A stretch of 64,000 bases of DNA from Paraspadella gotoi (taxonomy: Eukaryota; Animalia; Chaetognatha), in the NCBI GenBank assembly GCA_051294375.1, contig CM119265.1, positions 24,037,015-24,101,014 on the forward strand. The letters are read 5' to 3'. The translations under genes were made by a program, and so were the position numbers. Below the pieces are notes generated by a model. The model worked only from the letters and a program-made list of their open reading frames with translations, did not search any database and was not told the origin of the DNA. This document shows, in pieces, positions 1 through 11,662 of this stretch. Position 1 is the stretch's first letter. Every line of letters starts with the position of its first letter.

Positions 1-120
1 TTTTAACTAACAGTTTTTACTTTCACGTTTAGGCTTTTTGTCAATCATTTAGGACAATAAAAAATTCTTATAGAAAATCTCATGTTATGTTATAACATGG
101 ATTCACACTCCGGTTGCGAG

Positions 121-360
121 GAATCTTATCTTAAATTTGAAATTAGTTTTTTTAGTTAAAGATTGGATCAGAGGTTAAGGTTACGAAATAGGTTAGTGAT
201 TAGGTTAGTAATTAAAGTTAAGGACTTGGTTTATGATTAGAGTTAAGAGTCTTAGGTTAGGGACCAGTATTTAGTCTTAAAGGTTATGGTTTAAAATTAA
301 GGATAAGGGTTCAGGGTTAAGGTTTATGATTAAGTTTTGGTTTTCAAGTTTAAAAAAATA
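121..360. repeat. Dispersed AT-rich repeat with degenerate (TTAGGG)-like periodicity; reverse-complement homolog at ~57730-57900
   Basis: ggttagtgattaggttagtaattaaagttaagg here aligns with the reverse complement of ~57815-57850 (ggttagagattaggttagtaattaaggttaaag); both are flanked by atcttaaatt. Confidence 0.6.
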
Positions 361-576
361 TAATTAAGTTAAATATCAGGGTGAAAATTAAATTCTGGAA
401 AAAAACGAACAAAAAAGGGGAACTCTGGGAAAGTAGAGCCGATAATAACCAATTCCACTACGGTTTTAGAATCTAATCGATCCTTGTTTCACACAACCGA
501 GTCTCACTTATCACTTCATTTTTCACAGTGAAGTAACCACCTAAATTCGCACAGTGGATTTTAGTTTCTCGGAACA

Positions 577-1110
577 TCATAAAGTTTGGTCGAGCTGCGC
601 GGAATGACGGCTCGAAATGGCGGCGGCGCGGAATAACGGCGGCGTCGAATTCCATTCAGCATCTGGCGTCCAGAGCCNNNNNNNNNNNNNNNNNNNNNNN
701 NNNNNNNNNNNNNNNNNNNNNNNNNNNNNNNNNNNNNNNNNNNNNNNNNNNNNNNNNNNNNNNNNNNNNNNNNNNNNNNNNNNNNNNNNNNNNNNNNNNN
801 NNNNNNNNNNNNNNNNNNNNNNNNNNNNNNNNNNNNNNNNNNNNNNNNNNNNNNNNNNNNNNNNNNNTTTCGGTTTATATTCGCGCCATAAAAAACCGTT
901 AGCGCCGTAACTTCCTCGTAACGGGCGCCAAGGTGACGACGACGATGACGACGACGACGATGAAGTGAACGATGACGACGACGATGAAGTGAACGATGAC
1001 GTCGACGACGACGACGACGATGACGACGACGATGATGAAGTGAACGATGACGACGACGACGATGACGACGACGACGACGATGAAGAGGACGATGACCTGG
1101 GAGACGTCAA
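577..1110 (-). CDS. Possible Ser-rich terminal exon interrupted by an N gap (...SSSPWRPLRGSYGANGFLWREYKPK-gap-LWTPDAEWNSTPPLFRAAAISSRHSAQLDQTL*)
   Basis: GC-richer, protein-like sequence on both sides of the gap; no acceptor identified and frame across the gap unverifiable. Confidence 0.25.
   Translation of the reverse strand: MTSPRSSSSSSSSSSSSSSSSSFTSSSSSSSSSSSSTSSFTSSSSSSFTSSSSSSSSSSPWRPLRGSYGANGFLWREYKPKXXXXXXXXXXXXXXXXXXXXXXXXXXXXXXXXXXXXXXXXXXXXXXXXXXXXXXXXXXXXXXXXLWTPDAEWNSTPPLFRAAAISSRHSAQLDQTL
933..1098. repeat. (GAC/GAT)n compound microsatellite with a recurring GAAGTGAAC spacer
   Basis: Seen directly; three gatgaagtgaacgatgac units. Confidence 0.9.
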
Positions 1111-1832
1111 CGCAGACGACGTTACGTGACGTCGTTATCAACAACGTGATATTTAGAACGTTATCAAATGCGTTATCGGTACCGTCAATGGTATTTCATA
1201 GTCGGTCAGTCCGCACGCGAATTCAAGTTTCCGATTGACGGGATTTGCGTCAATATTGACGTCATTTTTTTGGCGTCAACTGTTGACGTTATCCGTCGTC
1301 CCCTTCGTCGTCATCGTGAAGTCATTTTCGGTTCGAATTCGAGGGAAAAAAATTATTCAGATTCACGAGGAAAAAAAANNNNNNNNNNNNNNNNNNNNNN
1401 NNNNNNNNNNNNNNNNNNNNNNNNNNNNNNNNNNNNNNNNNNNNNNNNNNNNNNNNNNNNNNNNNNNNNNNNNNNNNNNNNNNNNNNNNNNNNNNNNNNN
1501 NNNNNNNNNNNNNNNNNNNNATGATAGAGAGAGAAATAGGTGTTTTGATTCTGACATAATTTTTCGCGACGACAAACTCGGGGACAACACAACGAAGACA
1601 ACAGACAACAGACGATGACGACGACGACGACGACGACGACGAAGATTGCAGCAGCAGCAACGACATTCGTCCCCGCGTTGATAAATCGACATTTTTGGTT
1701 GGAAGTTTTAGAGGAGAAAAAATGGAATTCAAACGAAAAAATAAAACCATTTTCAGAAAATGGAAAAAGAGGGAAAAATGAGAAAAAGAGGATTAGAAAA
1801 AAGAAGAGGGAGACAGAGATATATATTTATTG

Positions 1833-1875
<43 letters not shown>

Positions 1876-1900
1876 TGGAAGAAACGTTTTGGCAGAGACG

Positions 1901-1986
1901 TCAGTCCCAAATGAAAAAACTCAAGGGGTAAAATTTTAATAATGATAATTTTTTTTTGAATTCCATAGAATATTTTAAAGCAATGG
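1901..1986 (-). CDS. Possible terminal exon (TIALKYSMEFKKKLSLLKFYPLSFFIWD*) following exon 2149-2189
   Basis: Acceptor ctctcacctggcag; phase 1 matches the upstream exon end; stop TGA at 1903-1901. Confidence 0.3.
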
Positions 1987-2148
1987 CTGCCAGGTGAGAG
2001 AATTATAAAGACATATCAAATTAAACTCAAACATACATTTTACATAATCCCACATAACATAACACATACATAATAACATAATAACGCACATCACATGAAG
2101 TACCTTAGCGGAAACCAAATAGAAATATACTATAATAAATATCCTTAC

Positions 2149-2189
2149 TTCTTCTCTTTGGCTTTGGGTTACGGGGATCGTGCATGTAT
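2149..2189 (-). CDS. Internal exon (YMHDPRNPKPKRR), uncharacterised protein
   Basis: Acceptor gtatgcag, donor gtaagg; in frame with exon 2302-2421 across a 112-bp intron. Confidence 0.7.
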
Positions 2190-2301
2190 CTGCATACATA
2201 AAAAGAAATATAAGAGAATATAATATAAAGCCAGACCAATAAGTATTAAATCAAACAAGGCAAACAATAACAACGACGACAACGAGGACAATTCCACTCA
2301 C

Positions 2302-2421
2302 ATGTCGAAGATGCTCTGAAATCTTTCCTTCAAATGGTCAGATGGAATCTTATCTCCCTGAGTTTCTTCCCAAGCCAGATCCAATTCCTTCCCTCGATTC
2401 TTCTTCCACTCTTTGTCATAT
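2302..2421 (-). CDS. Internal exon (YDKEWKKNRGKELDLAWEETQGDKIPSDHLKERFQSIFDI), uncharacterised protein
   Basis: Acceptor ccactttccag, donor gtgagt; 120-bp phase 2/2 open frame. Confidence 0.8.
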
Positions 2422-3290
2422 CTGGAAAGTGGAATTCGAAGACTTTCACTGTCTGCTTATTATCGATAGATTAATTCTAATCTTTATTGAGAATTACGGG
2501 AAATACGAAAAGATAAAATGTAATAACGTTCTCTTTTCTTTTTTTTATTTTCAGGTTTTGGACATTCTTAAAACGGGAAGAATAAAAAAGTCTCAAAAAA
2601 ACTATAAAAAAAATCAAAAACTGAATCGACGATCAAACGAAAAACGAAACAAAAATGAAAAACTAAGGAACTTTAATTTAAAAAAAAACAAAAAACGATA
2701 ACTCACTTTAGCGAAACAAAACAAAAAAAAGAAGCAAAAACTCAACCACCCATGAATAAAAAAAAGTGAGAAAGTAGAGAAAGAGAAAAAAAGGAAACGA
2801 AATTAANNNNNNNNNNNNNNNNNNNNNNNNNNNNNNNNNNNNNNNNNNNNNNNNNNNNNNNNNNNNNNNNNNNNNNNNNNNNNNNNNNNNNNNNNNNNNN
2901 NNNNNNNNNNNNNNNNNNNNNNNNNNNNNNNNNNNNNNNNNNNNNNNNNNNNNNNNNNNNNNNNNNNNNNNNNNNNNNNNNNNNNNNNNNNNNNNNNNNN
3001 NNNNNNNNNNNNNNNNNNNNNNNNNNNNNNNNNNNNNNNNNNNNNNNNNNNNNNNNNNNNNNNNNNNNNNNNNNNNNNNNNNNNNNNNNNNNNNNNNNNN
3101 NNNNNNNNNNNNNNNNNNNNNNNNNNNNNNNNNNNNNNNNNNNNNNNNNNNNNNNNNNNNNNNNNNNNNNNNNNNNNNNNNNNNNNNNNNNNNNNNNNNN
3201 NNNNNNNNNNNNNNNNNNNNNNNNNNNNNNNNNNNNNNNNNNNNNNNNNNNNNNNNNNNNNNNNNNNNNNNNNNNNNNNNNNNNNNNNNN

Positions 3291-3325
<35 letters not shown>

Positions 3326-4367
3326 TGAGGGAAGAGCTTCAGGGTTGGTCATTTGTTGAAGTGACAGTTAGTTTGTTGTGATTTTTATGGAATAGAAGTT
3401 TGAACAAGGATTCAAAAATTGCCTTTTAATTTGTGACGCGGAATTCTTAATAAGATTTCGTTTTACTTCTCATTTTTTCTTCTATTTCTTCTTCTTTCTC
3501 CTTCCTCTTTTATTCTTTCTTCTATTTCTTCTTCTTTCTCTCTCAATCGACGCCACCTTCGGCACCAAACCTAAACGCTTCGACAACTGCACTTTTCACC
3601 AACATCCTCTTCCAAGTCCTTCTGCAGCCGCCGCCGCCACCGCCGCCGCCTCTCAGCGCCGCCATTCCACGTCTCCGCCAACTCCTTCGACTGTTTATCA
3701 AAATAGTTTCAAAACCTCGTTACCNNNNNNNNNNNNNNNNNNNNNNNNNNNNNNNNNNNNNNNNNNNNNNNNNNNNNNNNNNNNNNNNNNNNNNNNNNNN
3801 NNNNNNNNNNNNNNNNNNNNNNNNNNNNNNNNNNNNNNNNNNNNNNNNNNNNNNNNNNNNNNNNNNNNNNNNNNNNNGAGAGAGAGAGAGAGATGGAGAA
3901 GTCGCCAGTTATGCATAAAAAAAGGAAAAGAAATGAAAGGAGGAAATATCAAGAGAGACACACTTGAGTGAATTTTTGAACTTGGAACATTAGGAAAACA
4001 GAAAAATATGAATCTAAGACCAACATTATTATTAATGAAGATGAACTGGGTTTGTCGACTTGGCGAAAATATTGAAAGAAAAATTAGAGAGAGAAATAGT
4101 AAAAAAGAAAAAGGTAAAGAAAAAGAAAAGAGAGCGAGAGTCAAAGTGACAGATTAAAAATGGCGGATTTAATTTTATTTNNNNNNNNNNNNNNNNNNNN
4201 NNNNNNNNNNNNNNNNNNNNNNNNNNNNNNNNNNNNNNNNNNNNNNNNNNNNNNNNNNNNNNNNNNNNNNNNNNNNNNNNNNNNNNNNNNNNNNNNNNNN
4301 NNNNNNNNNNNNNNNNNNNNNNNNNNNNNNNNNNNNNNNNNNNNNNNNNNNNNNNNNNNNNNNNNNN

Positions 4368-4398
<31 letters not shown>

Positions 4399-6870
4399 CT
4401 TTCGTCTTTCCTTCTCTTTTGTTGTCATTAAGAGTCGCCAAGGTTCCGACCATTTTCTACGAGATTGAGTTTTCATCGTTCCTCGTTTTTCTCCGCCGCC
4501 GTTTTCTCCCTGATTCCCGCTGCCTCGCTTTCAGCGGTTCCCACTGTCTTTTGAGCAGTTCACACTGTGTTCATTGAAGTGGTTCCCACTTTATCTTAGT
4601 AAAAAACTACAGAAAGCAAGGAACTAAGGAAAACTGAGGGAAAATTGAGGGGACGGAGTGAGAGATGTGGGTGTGTCAAGGAAAGGGGTCGGCCCTTGCG
4701 TACGATAGAAGATAGAAAGGAGAAAGTAATGGTAACAAACAGGAGCGTTGTTAATAGTTTCTTGGCAATCGCTATTCCGCACTGATCGTGAGAGTATAGT
4801 CGTTTGGGTTGATCGTTTGCAGTTTCTTTCTTTGTCGCGCATCACTCTATCCGTGTTCTAATTCTTCTCTGAGAGTTTCGGTTCCCACTCTTACTGCCTC
4901 TGGCGTTTCTAATTGATTATAATAAATAACCTAACCTCAATTATCTCTCTCTCAATCTCATCTCAAGTTCATCTCTATCTTCTTCATTCACTCTCTCTTC
5001 GTCGTTTTTACAGTCTCTGCTTACACCTGTATCTGTTTTCCAGCACATTGAACTTCCGACTCCCACGTGCACACTTCTCACTTCCTCCGTTCTCTCAGCT
5101 TTTGGTTTCCTTTCTTCATCGTGGGCTTCTATGAAATAAACTTTCTTTCTGCGATCNNNNNNNNNNNNNNNNNNNNNNNNNTTCTTTGACTCTGTGAGAG
5201 GTTATTACTCTCTTCCTCACATTATCTTAATAATATTTGATATTTAATTATCTTGATATTAGAGGAGAGCGTTGCTTCAATTCGAATCTAATCTGGACGA
5301 ATCAACCAACAACTAATCATCCCTGCTTGTCTGCTGCTGCTTGTTTGCTGCAGCTGCTGCAGCTTGTCGTCAACAACTACCGCAATACTTCTTTTCCGTC
5401 TGCATTTTTTTATCGTCTGCTTTTGGAATTCATCTTCATCCACTTAAACAAATTATTTCTTTCCTCTCAATCTCGTTTTGGCTTCTTGTGTTTTTTTTTT
5501 CAACAGTTTTCGTTTCAAGTTATTAGTTTTGGTTTTTTTTTGTTCTGCATTATATTATATATTATATATTTTTGAAACTTTAGCTGGTTGTTATGAAAGG
5601 TTTTAGTTACCTGTCTCAATACAAGAAACATGATATTCTTAAAATGCCTATTTATTCTCAAAACTAAAAATGTCCTTAATTCTATTATCTCAAACTTCCC
5701 ACCTCGTCTCTCTCTCTCTTCTCCCTCTTCCGTCTCTCTTCTTCTGCTCTCACTCTTCTTCTCTCTCTCTCTTCTCAACTCTGTCTCTCGGTCTCCTCTC
5801 TCACTCTGTCGCCTCTCTTCCTCTTCTCTTACCTTTCTCTCACATCTCTCCCTTCTCTTTTCTACCTCTCTCTCCCCTTCCTGTTCTCTTTTTCACTTTC
5901 TCCTTTCCTTTCTTTTCTTTCTTCTCTTCCTTCTCTCCTCTCTTCCCTCCAAAGTTCATCATATCTCGTTCTCTCCTATGTTAATCTCCGTTGGAGCCGG
6001 CAGAAATGAAAACTCGCGTACGGCACAAATCGACGCTCGACGAAAACGCAGGATGAGTATATTTCTGACTTGCAATTATTCTCTGTTTGCAAATTCCTAT
6101 CTGAGCGGGCTGAAAGCTCCAGAGTTTTCGCGTTCCTGTCTTCATTCTGTCTATCACTTATTATCCTCTTTGCCTCAACTGCCCCGTCCATATCTGCTCC
6201 TTTCTGCGCATCAGACCGGTTTTTTCCAGTATTGTCTCCTACGCGCCTTACACTACCTTTGGTAGTGGAGTCAATCCCTAATCTCCCCCAAAGCGGCACA
6301 CGTACCCCCCATCCAAAACCCCCTCCATCGCCTACCCCGCACCCTCGAAAAACCCTCCCACCACAGAACCACCGAGCCGCCGCACACTTTTCCATATTAC
6401 GCCATCACAATTATACGAGACTCACTTTCTTCTTCTCCTTTTCCAACACCCGGGCATATCGACCGCTCTCTCTGTCACCTGTCCTCTCTCCTCTCCTTGT
6501 CCTAATCTTCACTTCCTCTTCTCTCAGTCTCTCTTGACCGTCCCACCTTTTCTGCTCATTCCTCTTCCCTCTGCCTCTCCTCAGACGCTCAATCCTTTCA
6601 TCTCTCTCTCCTCTCTACTCATCTCACTCCCTCTCTCCTCTCCTCTCACATCACGCTTCTCGCCTCTTCCGTACATTTTACTCCTAAGGTCTTTGCCTCT
6701 CTCTCCTCATATCGATGTTATTCTCTCTTCTCGTAGCATCCTCGCCTTCAGCAACACAATACTTCGTTCTCGGATCGCTATTTTAAAATTTTTCTGCTTC
6801 TCTTTCTCACTTTTTTTTTCGCGTTTTTCCTTTCCTAACGGACTGAGGACAAAAAATTTTTGTTGCGCAG

Positions 6871-8349
6871 CCTCTATCCGCAGAGGTTCCGGTGACCTTT
6901 CGCAATCGTCGACTGCCATAATGCCGGAGGTCGCTGACCGGGTCAAGCGGTGCTGATTAGGAGCGACTCCTATCCGGTCATTAGCGCTTCAGTTTTGCAC
7001 TCGTCGCCATGACCAGCGGCTTCCTGCTCCCTCGCCGTCCTCAGATACCGCGTGTCGACGCGGCCGTGACGGTCTGCTCCGATTGCCGAGCGTCGATGTT
7101 CGGCTTATCTAGATATCCGTCACGAGACAGTTAAGGACCCGTTACCTCGTCGCAACAATGCTCGCAGCTATTCCTTGTCGGCATTAGCCAAAATCGGCGG
7201 CGGTGCAGGTTTGAGACACGCAGCGAGTAGCGCTTGAGTGTTCAACAGTTCGTGATCCTATGTGTGCTATCGCTTACACATACCCAGTAAACAACAATAT
7301 CTATAAAAGTATGAGAAGGCAGAAATGGAGCAAAATAATGAAAGCACGGTACAATCGAGTATTTCTACTAATATAATGTTCACGACTTGTATATGAAGGA
7401 TGTGGAAAGAGTCAATGGAATAGCTGAAATAGGTGAATTAAAACGAGCCGTAAGTTTTGAAACAAGAACCCAATTGTGGACATACTCAATCCAAGTAATC
7501 ATCTGCTCGAGCCCGTCTTGTCTGTCTTTGAACCCTCCAACTAAAGGTAAAAAGAGGTTATTGAGTTCTCATACCACCATTAACAAGTTCTTACCAGACG
7601 TAGGCGAGTCTTTACAAGCCGCTACTGAGCTCTTTTCTGCCAGAGCAAGCCAATAAATGATCATTTAGTCTAGACTCTCACCAACGTAACCAGCAGTGTT
7701 TTGCCTTTTCTCTCGCCTATACGTTTCTGTCTCACTAAAAAAAAATGAACGTCAAACATTCCCGCATTCACTCACTAAGATCCTGAGAAACGCATTGCTT
7801 CGATGCGCGCGAGCTAGAAAAGCAAACTGCTCGCTTCGCAGAAATTCGTGATATCCAAGAAATGGTACAGGCCTGCTCCTGCTTCCACTCGTAGAAAGAG
7901 GCCCGCTCTACCAAAAACGACCAAGAAAAGGGTCTCGGTACTATGCATTTCGGTCGACCATTCCCGAAGCGCAGAAATGTCTAATGCTGCCGTTCCGATT
8001 GAGGCTCGCACCGTTCCATTTATTCGCACACTGAGTCCTAGGTCGTAATTTTCTCTCTAAATGTTCGGTAAAGTAATCGAATATATCACTTATCAGAGTC
8101 CCTTTTCGTTCTCCCAATTTGCCCTTCTCACGATTTCGTTTGGAAGCGCGTTCTCCTGCTTCGGTGCCTCCCAGCCGTCGCTCCTCCGCGAGCCATGACG
8201 GCAGCGCGATACGATCGAATCAACTCGACGTACCGGGTACCGACGATCGACCGACCGACTCCTGCATCTCATCCACGCGATCCCGTCATCCGACGACAGT
8301 ATTCATCCGGACAAAACGCAAGCACGGTCGAACAAAAGTCATGTTTGAG
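6871..8349 (+). CDS. Probable multi-exon coding fragment with sequencing frameshifts (blocks ~6871-7208, ~7780-8040, ~8150-8349); product unknown
   Basis: GC-rich blocks; acceptor ttgttgcgcag at 6870, donors at 7209 (gtttga) and 8350 (gtgaga); protein-like pieces SIRRGSGDLSQSSTAIMPEV, ELEKQTARFAEIRDIQEMVQ, NQLDVPGTDDRPTDS. No continuous frame. Confidence 0.35.
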
Positions 8350-11300
8350 GTGAGAGAGCCGAGACAGAGAGGTCCGAAGAAAAATTACCGAACTAGACGT
8401 GTTTCGTTCCCGGAAGAAAAAAGGGGGAAAGATAAGCACAAAAAAAAAGTAAAAAAAAACGCCAATTATCGCTAAATTCATTCGCTCGCAGATGCTTTTT
8501 ACGCTTTAAATCGGGCGGCCGGTTTAGACAAGTGATTGTCTAGGTCAGCAGTTATCTTTTCCCGCTCGTCGTCCACTATTCCCCTTTTTCCGCTCGTCTC
8601 TTTCTTCTTCTGTCGTTCTCGTAAATGCTCTATGTGCGATCCTCATCTCTTCCTTCTACATTTTTTCTTCGCGTTCGGTGAATTATGACTTTAACTGTTC
8701 TTTTTTAATTTTTCCTTTTCTCTTAATATATTGCTCTTTTAGCCTTCCTGCTGGATTCTATTAAATGTGATACCATTTTCTCCACCATTCCCTACGAATA
8801 TGTCATTGGCGCACTGATACCATGCCCTGTGTACCAATTATCCTTCGCGCGTTTGCTTACCTTTCCTCTTCCACTGCTCTCCTGTCTGCCTATGGCACTT
8901 CCACCTCTTCCTATCCTTCTTGATAGTTTCACTATCACTTGCCTCAATCTCCTCGCCCTTGAGAGTTTTCCTTCTCTCTTGCCTTCCTTGCCCTTGCTTA
9001 ATTACGCGCTTTCTTTCGCTCGCTATCTTTTCTCTTTCACTGTGTACGCTTTTCACTTTTTACATCTCAGTCTCGCTTTTCCTTTCTCTATCAACGCAGT
9101 GCCCACTACGACCCTTGTGACCGTATGTATTCGTTCTCTTATATCTACCAGTGCTCACCAATATATCGCTGGTGAGAATTTGTATTTATGCACCTGCCCG
9201 CGCGATCACATTTTATTACCATAGTATGTCTTCGGTATGGGTGCGGAGCTTACAATGAATTTAGAATCTTGCAGAGATTCTGATGTAAAATGCTTCTATG
9301 ATATAATATCGGGAACTTCCGCACGATACGTACTTCCACACGACGGAGTATGCGCAGAGCACTTCCTTTACATCTTAGCTAATAAAGATAAGAATGTACA
9401 TATCCTTATCCAATAAGGAAGGATTGAAAAGTAAACTAAATCTATTTTGAACTAGCGTACGTTATAATTGTTTCCGTATCTTACCTAACTACACAATATA
9501 TCGAACACGACCCAACGACCCAAAAAAACCTGGAAATCCCGATTCGAATGATTGTTAGAAAAATTCAATTTGAGAATAGCGCGCTATACGTTTGCATACC
9601 GTTGTTGGGGAATACGGAGATTGCCCAAAAACGGCGAAGATGGAAACATAGACCGACCTCTGCGGATCAAGACACTTATAGGTTATTCTACACCGCTACG
9701 TCTTTCTACATTATATCCTTGATATCTGCACCTCTTCCTCCTTTCGTAAACCACTTTGTACATAATGTAAAACAAACTTTATTCAAATTCTATCGCATTT
9801 ATATTGTTCATCATTATTACAAATCTTTGAATTTTTTACCTTTTGTTACATGCCAGGACATATACAAATGCACGCTTGTAAACTGATACACATTCGCCGT
9901 TTGTTCCGAGACATGTTCAGTATTGCATTTTTTTAATAACGAACACGAGTTTTGACTTTGTAGACGAAATAAGACCTTTAAAGCCGAGACTACTTGTTAT
10001 AAAAGACTAATTAATTCAATGCAATCAATGCAGAATAAGCAAGCGGAATTGAGTACCAGAATGTGTTAATTCTAAGAGGAGAGAGGAGAGGGAGAGAGGA
10101 GAAAAGAGAGGAGAGGAGAGAGAGAAGGATGTAGTAGGAGAGAGAGAGGAGAGAAGAGAGGAGAGAGAGAAGAGAAGAGAGAGAATACTGGTGTTTTGGT
10201 TAACTTTCTCCTGGTTAATTATTGCCATTGTGATGCGATATTAAGGGTCTCTCTACGTTTGGAAATCAGGTCCGATAGTCTTCTGGTAAGGAGAACGCGA
10301 TTTTAAGACGTTGCGTTAAACCAAATATCATTTCTCCCTTCCGGACTTGCGCCGCGAGCGCAAAGGCTCTAACGATCGGCCGGTTAGATAGAGTTTAAAT
10401 ATATTAGAGAGGTATGGTAAATGTCATTGATAAATTGAACGGTAGTATCAACTCTAATCTCTCTACCTAAACGTTGTATTCTTCAAAAAATGTCTTTAAA
10501 TCTCTCTCAAAGTAGATATCGTACAGATCTCGTGAATCTTCATCAATAGTATAGGTAAACAAAAAACCCAAATTTTATGGCTAAAACTAGGAGGTTTTTG
10601 TTCATCGTTACACTCTCGTTTATTTGCCGGACAAACAAATCCGTGTTTGCCCGCAATAAAATCTTGAACAATTTAGTAATATATGACAAAGAACACTGGC
10701 CTTAAAATTCTATTTTTAAGCAATTTTGACTAAATTTTATTTTCTACCTCGCCCATCGTCAGCTCTTCGATATTTTGTTGTCCCATAACAATTATTGAAT
10801 TTTCTAAAGCATATCTTCATTTCTTTATTTAACCTCTTAGCTCTTGAATATCTCCTCCACTTTTTTTCCCTCTCTTTTTCTTAATTCCTTTTTTCCTGCT
10901 CTTTTTCTCAAATTCCTTTTTTCCTCTCTTTTCCTCAATTCCTTTCCTCATCTCTTTGCCTCAATTCCGTTTTTCCTCTTCTTTTTCTCAATTTCTTTTC
11001 AATCTCTTTTTCTCCAATTATCTTTTTCTCCTCTCTTTTTCTGCATTCTCTTTCAATCTCTTTTTTCTCAATTCCCTTATTTCATCTCTTTTCTCAAATT
11101 TCTTTCAATCTCTTCTCCTCCAGATTTTTTTTTTCTTTCTCCCTTTCTCCTTCCCATTCTGTCCCACCTCCGATGCGTTTTCTCTTATTTTTCGCCAAAG
11201 AAAAACCAATTCCGTTCTACGTCCAACGAGTTGTAATGCCCTTTCGCTTAGCCGCGTTTCCTTTTCTTTCGCTTTTTTTGTTTCCGCGCCGCGTCTTCCT

Positions 11301-11662
11301 TCTTTGTTCCCTCAGAGATTCTCTCTTTGTTCGCGCCGCACGCCAAAAATGTTTCGGCTTGGGACCGAAATTGCTTAAATGTCGTTTCCTTTCGTTACCG
11401 GTTTCCTCCATCATTTTTGAATTACCACTTTTTGGTCGAGGTCGCTCTCCCTCATCTCTCTCTCATCTTCATCTCTCTCTCTTTCCTTTGGCTTTTTGTC
11501 AGGAGAAAGAAAAAAAAAGAAAAAAAAAAAAAAACAACAGCAAAAAACAAAAATTCACAAAGGAAGAGAAAGAAAAACAGAGAGAAGAGAGGAGAGAGAG
11601 GAGAAAGAAGAGAGAGGGAGAGACGGAAAGGGAGAGAGAAGAGAGAAAACAAAGGTTTTTCT

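Noticed and set aside
933-1130. Poly-Asp biomineralisation protein on the + strand
   Set aside because: Short frame bounded by stops with no start or signal peptide; (GAC)n tracts are common across the window.
1969-1993. Plus-strand micro-exon ending CCAG|gtgaga
   Set aside because: Overlaps a plausible minus-strand acceptor of the flanking gene and has no plus-strand partners.
7387-7656. Retrotransposon ORF fragment
   Set aside because: No reverse transcriptase, endonuclease or integrase motif recognisable on either strand.
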